The notes under the pieces were generated by a model. It saw nothing but the letters and a program-made list of their open reading frames with translations, searched no databases and was not told the DNA's origin. From Psammoneis japonica (taxonomy: Eukaryota), in the NCBI GenBank assembly GCA_008632985.1, contig QPGO01000169.1, positions 62,001-126,000 of the forward strand: a stretch of 64,000 nt of DNA. The letters run 5' to 3'. Shown piece after piece: positions 49,701-61,299 of the stretch. The translations under genes and the position numbers were made by a program. Numbering within the stretch: position 1 is the first letter of the stretch; each line of letters begins with the position of its first letter.

Positions 49701-51516
49701 GTTCTTTTCCTTTCCCCGTGCACCAAACAATCGTTTCATTTTCCGGGCTCCGGATTTGGCTGGCATCTTCCAATTTCACAAAGGGCAAAAAACATTTGGT
49801 CATGGCCCATTTACATTTTTCCTTCTTGGCAGCATCTTGGGTGGCTTGGACTTGGGAAGGCAACAACAAGTTGGTGGCTTTTAAAATGCCGTGCCATTGA
49901 AAACAATTGAGGCCCAATTTTTTAAATGACCATCACTCTTCACTTGGCCACTCTGCTTCTCAGTCTTCGACCAATGCATTGGCTTGTTGTTGACATTTCC
50001 AATCTAATTGTGTGGGAGGTCTGCACCTGATGCTCAAATCATTGCCCAATGTTTGATTGTGCAAACAGATTTGTGCATGTTGAGAGGCACAATTTTTGGG
50101 TTTTTCCTCCTTTTGTTGCTTGTCATCATTGCCTTTGTTGTCACTGTCATCATCATTCCCTGCCGCCAATTCTCACATGGCTTTGCCACCTGACATGGCA
50201 AGAAAGACCGCTTTGGCTGATGCGCACTTGTCAATCAGAAGCAATGAACAGATTTTTGACAAACATTCTGTGCCGCACACAACACACACCCACTTCTCCC
50301 GCCATGATCTTGTCTGCTTCAGCAATGACCTTGACTGTCATGAAAGCATCCCTTGCAGGCAGCACCAAGAATGCATGTGGCAATCAATGCTGTGGCTCCC
50401 CCAGTGGCATGCACAATGGCCAATCTGGCAAAGTCAATCACTGCAGTCAAAAATGCACTCAACATGCCATTGGAGCTCCAAATGGCATGTGCAACCACTG
50501 GACAAACAAAGCCCATCAAGACGGCACTGTGACACAAATGCACAGCCATTTGACATCGTTCAGCCATTGTCATGGGGTGTTTTGGAAGTGGGCAATGGCA
50601 TTGTGCTGGTGGTGCAAAAAATGCATGTAGATCTGCACACACTGTGGCCATCATTTGGAGGAATCTGGGCGGTGAGAGGGTGTGTTGGTGCAAGGCTTGC
50701 AAATCAACCTTTGACTGGATGGGAGCATGGGAGGAATGGAAATGTTGCGAGTGTGACCGACATTGCGTGGTTTGTGGCTGCAGCCATCATGTGGATGAGT
50801 TTGGTGATGGAGAGTGTTGGTGTGATGCCTGCTCTTCCAGCTTTGATTGGGTTGAGGCTGGAAAGCAATGCAGGAACAAACTGCACAGGAGAAAGCACGA
50901 TTCCCTCTTTTCAGGAAAATGAAATCAAGCAATGCTGCTTCCATGATGCAATGTTTCTCAAAGTCATTTCTGGACATGGAGCATGCACTCAGTTCATCTG
51001 CAACGACATTGGCTAGAATTTGCATTGCTCATTTCCTGCCATGCCAAGCATGATCCATGACCCCTCATGATTTTTCTCCATTTTTGAAAAGCCACTCATT
51101 TGTGATTTAGTCTTTTTGCCTCCTTTCCATTTGGGCAGCAACATGCTTGGCAGCATGACAGGCCTGGGTCACGGCGCTAAATGAAGGAATGCCTGCTGTC
51201 ATGTGAAAGCCATGTGTGATGGAACAAGCCACATTTCCAGCAGCATGCATGCCAGGAACAGTGCCACCATTGCTTTGGCAAAACACTTGACTTGTGGCCG
51301 CATCAGTTGCTGGGCTGCTGCATGAATCAAGTGCAGACGGGCGCAAGACAAGTGCGCGCAAGTTGGAGGTGTCCAGCGCTCTCATGAGAGGACAGCTGGT
51401 TGGTTCAAAGTCATGGTGATGGTTGTGTCTGCCAAAGTCTTCTTGGTCAATGCCAGCAGCAGCATGCAAGGTGAACGCACTCAGTGTGCTCTGAAGCGTC
51501 ATTGCAAAATTGGAAT

Positions 51517-52740
51517 TCACCAAGTCCTGCTCATTGAGCTTTTGCAAAAGGTCGTTGATCCTTGAACATGTCCTCCACTTTTGAGATTGGGGAGAAAGAC
51601 ATTTGCTGCCTTGTCCAGTGACACAGATGCTTGCATTTGAAGATGACCATTGCGGCCATCCACAATGACCAAGAGATGCCCTTGTTGAAGGCAAACGTCA
51701 CCATGGCAAGCATGTGGCCATTTTTCATTGTAGACTTGGTTTCCGTCACTGTTCACGACAATCATTGAGTCGCCATTGAGGAACAAGACAGCTTGTGTGC
51801 AACCATCAGGAAGATCAATGGCTTCAGCAAACCAAGAGGGGAATGCTCTCTGTTGATTGGAAGGACAAGGAAGAAGCTTCAGGTCTTGTGCAACCTCCTC
51901 CATGACACCAGCATTGATGTCATTCCAATGGCAAGACTTCAGCAACTCAAGTCCTTGATCGTGCAAGATCTTCTTGTTGGTCATGAATCCCCCTGAGGCA
52001 AAAATGACATTGTTGGTTCTTGGTGCAAAGTCATTTTCCTTGGTGGCACCTTTTGCCAGCCACATCAAGTCATTGGTGTCCATGTTTCTCATTGCATCTG
52101 TTGCTTGGTGATCCAGAAACACGTCGACATTCTTGTGCTTGAGTGTGCTCAAAGCAAGCCAACGAGGCAGACTCAGAAAGATGAGCAATCCATCCTTTTC
52201 TCCCACTGGGGTGCATTTTACAGTGTTTTGACTGGCAGCTGATCTGTCAAGTTGAAGAAATGCAGCAACGAGAGCTGCGAACTTTAACTCTCAAAGACTG
52301 CGCTTTGGTCGATGACAGCAAAGCATTTTTCTGTTGCTGCAGCATGCCATTTCCTGGCCCCATTGATGTCCATCTGATGTGTTGATGGTTTCAAGCCTTT
52401 CAATGTGTCTGTGCTGTTGCTGTGGATTGGGTCAATCTCATCATTTGACAATGGTGGAATGCTGTTGATGCTGTTGGCCATGAGCTGAACATTGAGTTCC
52501 TTGACATCCTCTCGGCTCCGGGGAAACCAGACGTCACCTGTGTTGGTTCGCCCTCTCAGAACTCCTCCTGGCTTGCTGTTCTTTTCCAGTGGCACCAAAC
52601 AGATGCTGTGCCCTTTGAGAAAGAGAAATGCTGCACACCCTGTTGCTCCACCACCAACAATGACAACGGGAGCCTTCTTGTCCTTTGCAGACACAGGAGA
52701 GTCACAAAACAACAATGCGCGAAAAGCCATCTTTGATGAT
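51517..52740 (-). pseudogene. Decayed FAD/NAD(P)-binding oxidoreductase-like gene
   Basis: VVIVGGGATGCAAFLFLKG...LEKNSKPGG matches the GxGxxG...E..GG flavin-binding fingerprint. The downstream frame is broken. Confidence 0.55.
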
Positions 52741-55700
52741 GGAGAATCATGCATGTCTTCCTTTTGTTTGGTGGGTTGAGAACCTGCAAAAGCAAGAATC
52801 ATCATCATCCAAGACATTGGCAGGAGAACATCCACTCGAATGCACAAGAACGATGACCTCATCATGACAGTTCTCAGGGGTTGTGTCACATGTGTTTTTG
52901 CCAGTTGGTTTTGAGGTGCATCATTGGTGGAACATGTGCTTCCAGTTGTGTGCACATGTCAGGGGCGAGGAACAAGAAGAGAGGAGAGAGAATGCAAACA
53001 GGGAGAACAGGGAAGAAGGTGAGCAAAACAGAGGCAAGAACAGGGAGTTGAAGTGAAAGAGGAACAAAAGAATCAAAGGGGGAAGAACAAGTGAAAGGAG
53101 GCAGCAATTCTGTCTTCGCACATCTTTGCACTGCAGAAGCCATGGAAAAATGGGCACATGTCCGGTCACGCACCGCAGGCAGCTGGCTCCGAGTTTGTGA
53201 AAAAAAGAAAGAGGAAAAGGAGGATGGAGGAGAGGAGAAAACGCCATGCGTTCAATTCGCACGTGCGACGGCCAGACCTTTTCACGATTCTCACAGAGAC
53301 CAGACGGAAACAACAAACTGGCCATGATGCGGCAACAACTGATGTTTGATCTTGCCACCAAACCTTTTCCTGTCAGAAATGTCAATGCATGACATCCACA
53401 TTTTGCTGTGACAAGTGTGTCAATGGCAAGAGACACTGGAGAAAACCCAAAAAATGGACAACAAAAGCTCCTTCCTGCAGCTGTGCTGCTGCCCAGACTC
53501 TCTAGATTTTCACAACTTGCACAGCTAAAACTGCTGATGAGCAGCATGCTGTGCTGTTTCTCTTTGGCAAGAGTGTGCCAGTGAAAAGAGAGGCAGGAGA
53601 AAACCCAAGCAAGAAGTGGGGCAAACACAAGGGCCCTTTGCATGGCTTTGCTGCAAGACTCACTCAGGCTCTCAGCTCTCACAGCTTGTGCACTTCAATT
53701 TAAGTTTGCACTTGACAGATTGAAGGCTGACTCTCAGCAATCAGGTGTCAGGTTCTGATGTCACACTGTGCCTGTGAGCAGGAGCACCAAGGCTGCTTGA
53801 CAGCTCCCAGCAGCCAGCTCTTTGTAAAAAGAAAAGACTGCAAAAGGAAAGGATTCACCTGCTGCAACACAAGAGACAAGCAATCAAGAGTGCATTTTCC
53901 TGTGGTTTGGTGTCAAACAAAATGTGCTTGTTCTTGGCACTGTGCTGGCAAGACCAGCTGCGGGGCACAGCCCCACACCCCGCCAGCCACAGCCACTGTG
54001 GGGGCTGGCCTCCTCTCATGATGCTGGCATTGGGCCAGATCATGCAGCTGCACCACTGCAGTCAAATGGCATTTCTGCCAGCTCTGCTTGAAAAAATGAT
54101 TGCAAAAGGAAAGGAGCCATCTGCAGTGCAAGAGACAAAAACCTCAGCAGCTGCACTCTGGGCTAGCCAACCAACAGAGATGAAAGGACCACATGTTGGG
54201 CTGCAAGATAAAAGGGCTGTGTTGGCCACAACTGGCACCAATCAAGTGCAGGATGTTTTCCTTTCATCTGAGGAAATTTGGGGCCACAAGAAAAGCCCCT
54301 GCAACCCAAAACCCCGCTTTTGCTCACACATCTTGATTTCCCCCTCATTGGCTTGTTGAATGAAGGAAACAAGAAAAAGCTTTCCTCTTTTGCATGAAAA
54401 TTGAACAACGGTTCTGCGTGCATGTCGGCTCCGTGCATTCTTGCACATTCTTTGAATGCATGGTCATCCCCACAATTTGTGTTCCACTTTTGGGGCCAAA
54501 AGAGGAGAGGTTGCTCACAGTTGGGCCGTGCATCGACGAAGTTGCAATCTGTTCAATCAACGTGGTTTCGTGACAACTCATGGGTGCAATGTTGAAAATC
54601 CTGTGTCGTTGCCATTGCCGATGAACAGGTGGACGTTAAAAGCTCTTGACAGCTTTCAAATGAACAATCAAGTGATGAATCATCATTGCATTCTGTGCTG
54701 CTGTTGGCCTCTGCTTTTTGGCACAAGAAATTTGAACAACATGAAAAGAGAGTTCACACGTTGCATTTCTCAACAAGCCCTCAACTAAAGACAAGGACAC
54801 CCCCCCCAAGAAGGTGGCACACAGCTGTGCCAGAGCTTGTCAGGGTTGTGTTTGGTCTTGTTTGAACTCAGCAGGAGTTGCATTCTTTGAACATGGAACC
54901 AAGCGTCGTCATCCACCAAAAAGCAATGGGACGCATTCAGAAACTCCTCTCGCATTGTGAGAAGCAGACACAAAAATCGCATTTGTGTGCACCGATCTCG
55001 AGCATTAAAAAAGCCTTGCATCATTTCCCAGCAGTGGTCCCATGCTAGAGTTGTGTGAGCAACAATGCTTTCCTGGCATGCCACGCATCCCCAACTCGGA
55101 ATTCTCCTGGTCCCCCATGACAATGTTGTTGCAAAACCGCAAAAGAAACCCAGACATGGTCCAAATTTGACATGCAGCATTTGGCCCACCTGCATTAATT
55201 TCAACAACCCAAGAATCTGCAAAGGATGCAGCACAATTTGCCAAGCCTTTTGCAAGAGATTTGTCACTTGTCGCTGTGAGACGACAGACATGTGGGAACA
55301 ATTGTTGAAGAAGAACAGCCTGAATGAGCAAAACACAGATTGAAGGGCAAATGTGCTGCCACATTGTTGTGATCGTGATGAAAGAACAGTGAAACAAAGT
55401 GCTCTACTTGCAGTTTGCAGATTGTGTGGAAAAAGCAAATGAGAGAAAAAAGAAAAAAGTGAGGCAATGCGACCATTTCTGCTTTTGTCTTCTGTGCAGT
55501 GCGATGAGTCTCTTGATGCTCACACCTGGGTGGTTTCGCATGACATGACAATCTTGCAGGCCCCACAAGTTCCTACGTACGCAGAACAAGTGCAAAAAAT
55601 CATGCACCTCAATGTCTTGGTGGAAAGTGGTGATGTCTTTGACATTTTCTCACTTTTTTCCCCAAATTGAAAATGGCACACAGAGAATTGCCTCCCACAT

Positions 55701-58700
55701 TTCGGGATGATGCACTGGATTTGTTGTCATTGTTCTTTCTTTTGCTGATTGCAATGATGGCAGCATCTTGGCAACAGGCTTGGATGGCTCCACAGCACAA
55801 GCACTTGTGTCAATTTTGATGAAACTTCTTGTCACCAGATGCTTGGAAAGCATTGGCCACCAAAGCAGAGGAGCATTGCTGTGTGTCTCGCAGAGGTGCG
55901 GGCACCTCAACTGCCACAGCAAGATTTGCAGCAGCATGATGAACCTGCAAACGCCAGAGAAGCACCCCCCGTGAAGGGCAGTGCCAGAGGCAGAGAGCCG
56001 CCCTTTGGCCTTGCCCTTTTTAACTTTTTGGTTGGAAGCCATAAAAACAGCAGTGTCAGGGTTTCTGTTGCAGTTTGGCCAAGCCAATGGACACCACAAA
56101 GGTTGTCAGGAAGGCATTGCAGAATTTGCACAGGAAAGCTGTGAGACTCCAGCTGTCTGAGCAGCTTCAGCACTTGTCATCAAAGGCGACACGCTCTCAA
56201 GCCAACCAGCCAAAAGGCTTTGGCCATTTCCAGTGTGACATTTCTGGCAAATGAGCTTTGGAAGGAGCACTGCAAGGACACCAACATGCTGGGGCATTGT
56301 TGCCAAAGGGCTGTGTGAATGTGATGAAACAAGATGCAAAGCAGGCTTGAGAGCCAAATGAGAGGTGTGCCAACAACAACTCCCCCAGTCGACTCCTGCT
56401 GTAAAAAAGACACACAAAGCAATTCCACCAGAATCTGCTGCCACCAGCATGCTGCACTTTTTTGTTTTGCCCAGTTGCAGGACAAGCAATGAGCAATGTT
56501 GCAAACATGAGGCCATCAGATCTGATGAGGATGTTGGTGCTGACAGAGCTTGCACCTTGGTCAAACAGGACAAAGCTGGCTGCAAACATCTGTTCCCAAA
56601 AGGTCTTTTCAACATGAGATGGGTGACAGGGGATCTAACCTCCCAGTTGTTTGCAAAATGCTGAAGAGGTGTGTCCCAAAACCCCTGGGCTGCATGTGGA
56701 GAAGGAGCTCCACAAGAAGTTTGTCAGCAGAAAGCAACAGAGCTTGGTCGCAGAGAGGCTTGGCTTTGCAGTTGTTTGTGGGGTGCCACCCAGACTGCTC
56801 AGCACCATGTGGCATGTGATGGTTGGGGGGCAAAAGAAAGCCAGAAAGCTGCCACCCAGTTGCAGCAGGCACAGAGCTCCTCCTGTGGCCAGATCTGTGC
56901 GCTGCAGTCAGTGCTGCTCCTCTGAAATGAGTGAAGCACAAGGGCAAGACAAGTGATTGAAGGAATGAGCAGCCCTGCTCCCTTCCATCATGGATCCAGC
57001 AAAACAGTGCTTGCAGCAATCAGGGCAGACTTGTCATCCATCCTGGTTCTTCACCAAAGACTGCAGAGAGCACAAAGGCAAGCAAAAACAGGCCATCAAG
57101 GCAGGGTCAACTCCAAGCCCACACTTGATGTTTGCTTCACAGTGCCCACAGCACACTTCCAGAGAAGCAGGCAAATGCTGCATGTGTTGGTTTGATGCAT
57201 TTTCTTAAGTGACCCCATGTTGGCAATGCCTCTTTCACCTTTTCAAAGGGGTGCACAAAGGCCATCACAGAGGAAACTGAGGAGGTGGTGCCCATTGGGT
57301 GGGTGAGTCTTGGGGGCAGGTTTGGTGTGGTGGCAGCATTGTGATGCCATGTTTCTCAAGGGCAGAGCTGCTCAGGTGTCATCTCCCATGCACTGCATGG
57401 TTGAACCAGATGCGTGGTCTCATGGAAAAGGACAACAAGCTCTCCAAAAAGAGCACTTGCAGTCTTGCCATCACAAAGTGTTGCTGCCATCATTCATCAA
57501 GACATGCTTGAAACCCGTGGCCAAGTTGCTTGGAAGCATCTGCCAGGGCCACAAAAGTTTGCATCTTTCACAGCCAAATGATGGGACAGCTGGTGTTGTG
57601 CATGGCAACATGTCCAGTCCAAGAGTGCACAGATGATGGGCTGTTGAACAAGCCATCTTGCCAGCCAAGAACCTGCCCAGCTGGTGTTTGCATGACACTC
57701 AAGCCGTCTTGATGGGTCTGGCCTGGGGCAAGCACTTGATCTTGAATCTTGTGCAAATGTCTCTGTTGGTCTCCAAGTTTCTTTTGGCAGCTTCAACTTG
57801 CTCTTGACTTGGGTTGTTGTGGAAGCAAGCACAACACTGTCACTGGCCACAGTGATGTCAAGTTAGATCATCGCACCTGCTGAAGGCAGCTGAGGCATCC
57901 TGCCACAGCTTGACAGCTCAGCTTGCAAAATTGAGGTTTCTTGCCCTTTGGACCCTTGACAAGCCATTTGGAGTGCACAGCTGATGATCAATCATGAGTC
58001 ATGACATTTTCAGAAGTCAGGTCCAAGCCTGCCATGTGCCAAACAAGGCATCAGTCATGCACAAGGTGAATGCCCCCCTGTTTCTTGTCCTTGACAAAAT
58101 GGCAGGTGCTGAAAAAAACCTCAAGTTTGTCATCATGAGCAAGATTGAAATCCTGTTTCAGCAAAGCTGTTGTTCCCTGGTCATTGACTCTGATCTTGGA
58201 CAGAGAAATCAATGCTCTGTTTTGACACACAGAACAAGCATGATCCTGGGTTTGGCAACTGTTCATGTGCCAATTTCAGACTGCTGCCACCTGTTGCACT
58301 CCAAAAATTCCTTGGCAACAAATTCAAACCAGGTGTGTCCAGTGTCGCTCCAGCAGCATCCTGGAGCAAGTGGGCTCCAAATCAACTGACAGACATTTCT
58401 TAAATCTGTCCACTGGGTTTGGGAGGTCTGGAATCTTGAAAGTCACAGGCACGGTGTGGTGCTTCTCAGGCAATTTTTTCAAGCACTGGCTCACTGACAG
58501 CTGACTCTTTACTCACGTCCTTTCAGTGGTTCACAAAGGTGGTGGAGACAGGGTGGGCTCAACATCTTGTGCAGAGCATCTCTTGTTCAATGCTGGACCC
58601 ATCTGACATGCCAGCTGGCACATCAATTGCTCCATTTGAGCTGCCCTTCCTTTTGGTGCCCAGGTGAATTCAAGTTCTGTTTGCCATTTAGAGAAAACCT

Positions 58701-61299
58701 TGGTTTTGCACTTGCATGCTGAAAACTCAACATTGTTGTTGTGGGTGAAGAGCAAAATTGTGTGTGTGTGGGGCATTTGCTTCTCTTTTTGCTGAGTGCC
58801 AGCAGGAAGTTGGACACGTGACAGGCAAATGGCAGAGGAACATCTCTGCTGCTTGTGAGAACAATTTGTGGTGGCTTGGCAGCTTGGCACTTTCCACTTG
58901 CTGCATTGGGGTTCTCTAATGTGCTGAACACCTTTGGCACTGACAAGACTCTATTTCGTCTTGCTTGATCTCAGGAGTGAACCTCATTGGGGTTGCATTC
59001 TTCAGGTTGATGCAGTGCTTTGAGCAGCCAGCCTGGCAATGAGAGGAGTGCATCACACCGCAGACCACCATGACCCTGTGTCTTCCTGAGAGGAGTGTTG
59101 TTGACAACACGTGCTGGTCAAGGCAAGCTGCTGAGCCCACAGAGCCAGAAGCTCCTGAGGTCATTGGTGTGAGCTTGATTGCAAAAGAATGAGTCACCAG
59201 GCTCAGCTTCCCCACAGAGAACATTGATGATCAGGTTGTTGGAGCTCCTGACAATGAGTGTTTGCCATTTGTCAACATTGGATTTTCTGGCAGTGCAGCT
59301 GATGTTCCTCATCATCACAACTGGACCTCCTGACTGGATGCTGTTGTGCCTTCATTGTTTTTGTCAGCAGCCGCTGGCTGTGGAGGCAAAAGGCTGTGTG
59401 GAGAGGACAGCATGCACATGGCTTTGGCTGTGTTTGCTGCACCAACTTTGCCATTGTCCACACCCACACTGATGTTGGCAGGATGACAGTTTCTGTGCAC
59501 TTTGACTGGAGCACCACTTGCACCTTTGACCCTGGAGCTGGCTCAAACTGGAGAGCTCCTTAGACACCATCCTCTCAGGTCATTGAATGCAAAGAGAGTT
59601 GGCTCCAACATCAGTGCAGTGCTCAATGTTGTCATGGTGCTGGCCACAGCAAAGCACAGAGTGGGCACCTGTTGATGTTGTTTGGCACAGCATCTTCTGC
59701 AATGGGCAGCCTGACAGGGCTTTAAGAGGAGTTGGAGCCAACATCATTGATGACAGCTTTGATGCACTGTCACTGTCTGGCCATGGCAAGCGACTCTTCT
59801 TCTCCCTCTGAAGAGCATGGCTGGCTCCTGGAAGGGTGCGCACACAGCAGAACATGCCCCAGGGCCTTGCAACTGCACAGCATCTGCCACCATTGCTGTC
59901 AATGTTGAGTTTGGGTGTGGCAAGAGACAGGGTGTGAATGGCACTTGCAGCTCAAGTGGCAAAGCAGCTGGCAGGAGCAGAGTGGCCACAGCAAGCAAAG
60001 AACATGTGTCCAAGAGAAATGACTCCCGCATTTGTGGTGCACTGCAGAGCAAAGACTGGCAATGAAGTCCTGCACAGTGCTGTTGTTGCCAAGCATGCAG
60101 CTGGGTCATTTGCACCCAAAAAATGTGGCAGCGTGTCTTCCAGTGCCTGGAGCCATCTTGTTGGCACATTGCCATTGTTGGCTGCATTGGCAGCATCTCC
60201 ATCAGCAGCTCTGTCAGCAGCTCCATCAGTGAGGTTGAAAGTGGTGGCATCTGTGATCTCAGCTGCTTGTCTGCCTGTCAGTGCTTGCAAGTGCAGCACT
60301 CACTTGGAGGGCAAGTGTGCCACCCATTCTTGCTTTGGGCAGAAACAGAAATGTCAGAAATGTGTGACACCATCATGTCACATCTTGGCATCTCTGAGCT
60401 TTCAAGGAGGAAGAGGTTGGATTGTTGGAAGTCTTCTTGCAGAGCTTTCTCAAAAGTGGGGAGCTTTTTCTTCTCAGCAAGTGGCTCCCAATCCTTTTCA
60501 TTTTCGGCCTTGGGACAGCACCAGGCATCAATCTTGTGTTTGCAGCCCGCCAACATGGCCACTGCGTTCTCCTGAAGAGTGCCAGTGAAGGCCTTGAAGT
60601 TTCCTTTCTTTGTCATTTGGCAACAGCTCCACCACCCTTGATGCAACTGACTTGTTGAGTGGTTGCCCACTGGTTTTTTCGATTTACGCTGGGACACAGC
60701 GCCTGCACAGCATTGCACGCACATGTGCACATGCAAGACTCTGGCACATCATCCATCCTGCATCCATGAGTGTGCACTTAAAATGTCATGCGCAGAGGCT
60801 CGCGATGGCCAATTGCGTGCAAGAGCCCAGAGCAAGCCGTGAGCTCAGCCATTGCAGTTTGAGGTTTTGGGTTTGAGTGTGCCAATGCCACCCATGATGG
60901 TGTTGTCAAGAGGAGAGAGATTCTTGGAACACCTGCATGTGCAACCAAAGCACACTGTAAAAAATTTTGGAGGTGGAGTGGTGAGAACAAGTGGCAGCAG
61001 GAGTGAGCACAGATGCACAGTGGAAAAAGGTGCATCATGGGCAAATGGTGCTGATGAAGTGCAAAGGCAGAAAGAGTGACATGATTCTGCCATTGGTTGG
61101 AGAAATTGTGAGAAGGAGAAAGTTGATTGGAGAGAGAGAAGATTGTTTGCTCCATCCAATTGATGGGGCAGATGATCTGACTTGCTTTAAGTTGGTCCCC
61201 GACAATGGGTTGGGTCCCCAGCATCTGTCCATCTTTGGACTCGGAACCCAAATTCTCTTTCACTCCCTTGCAGCTGAGCAAAGAAGACCACAACACAAG

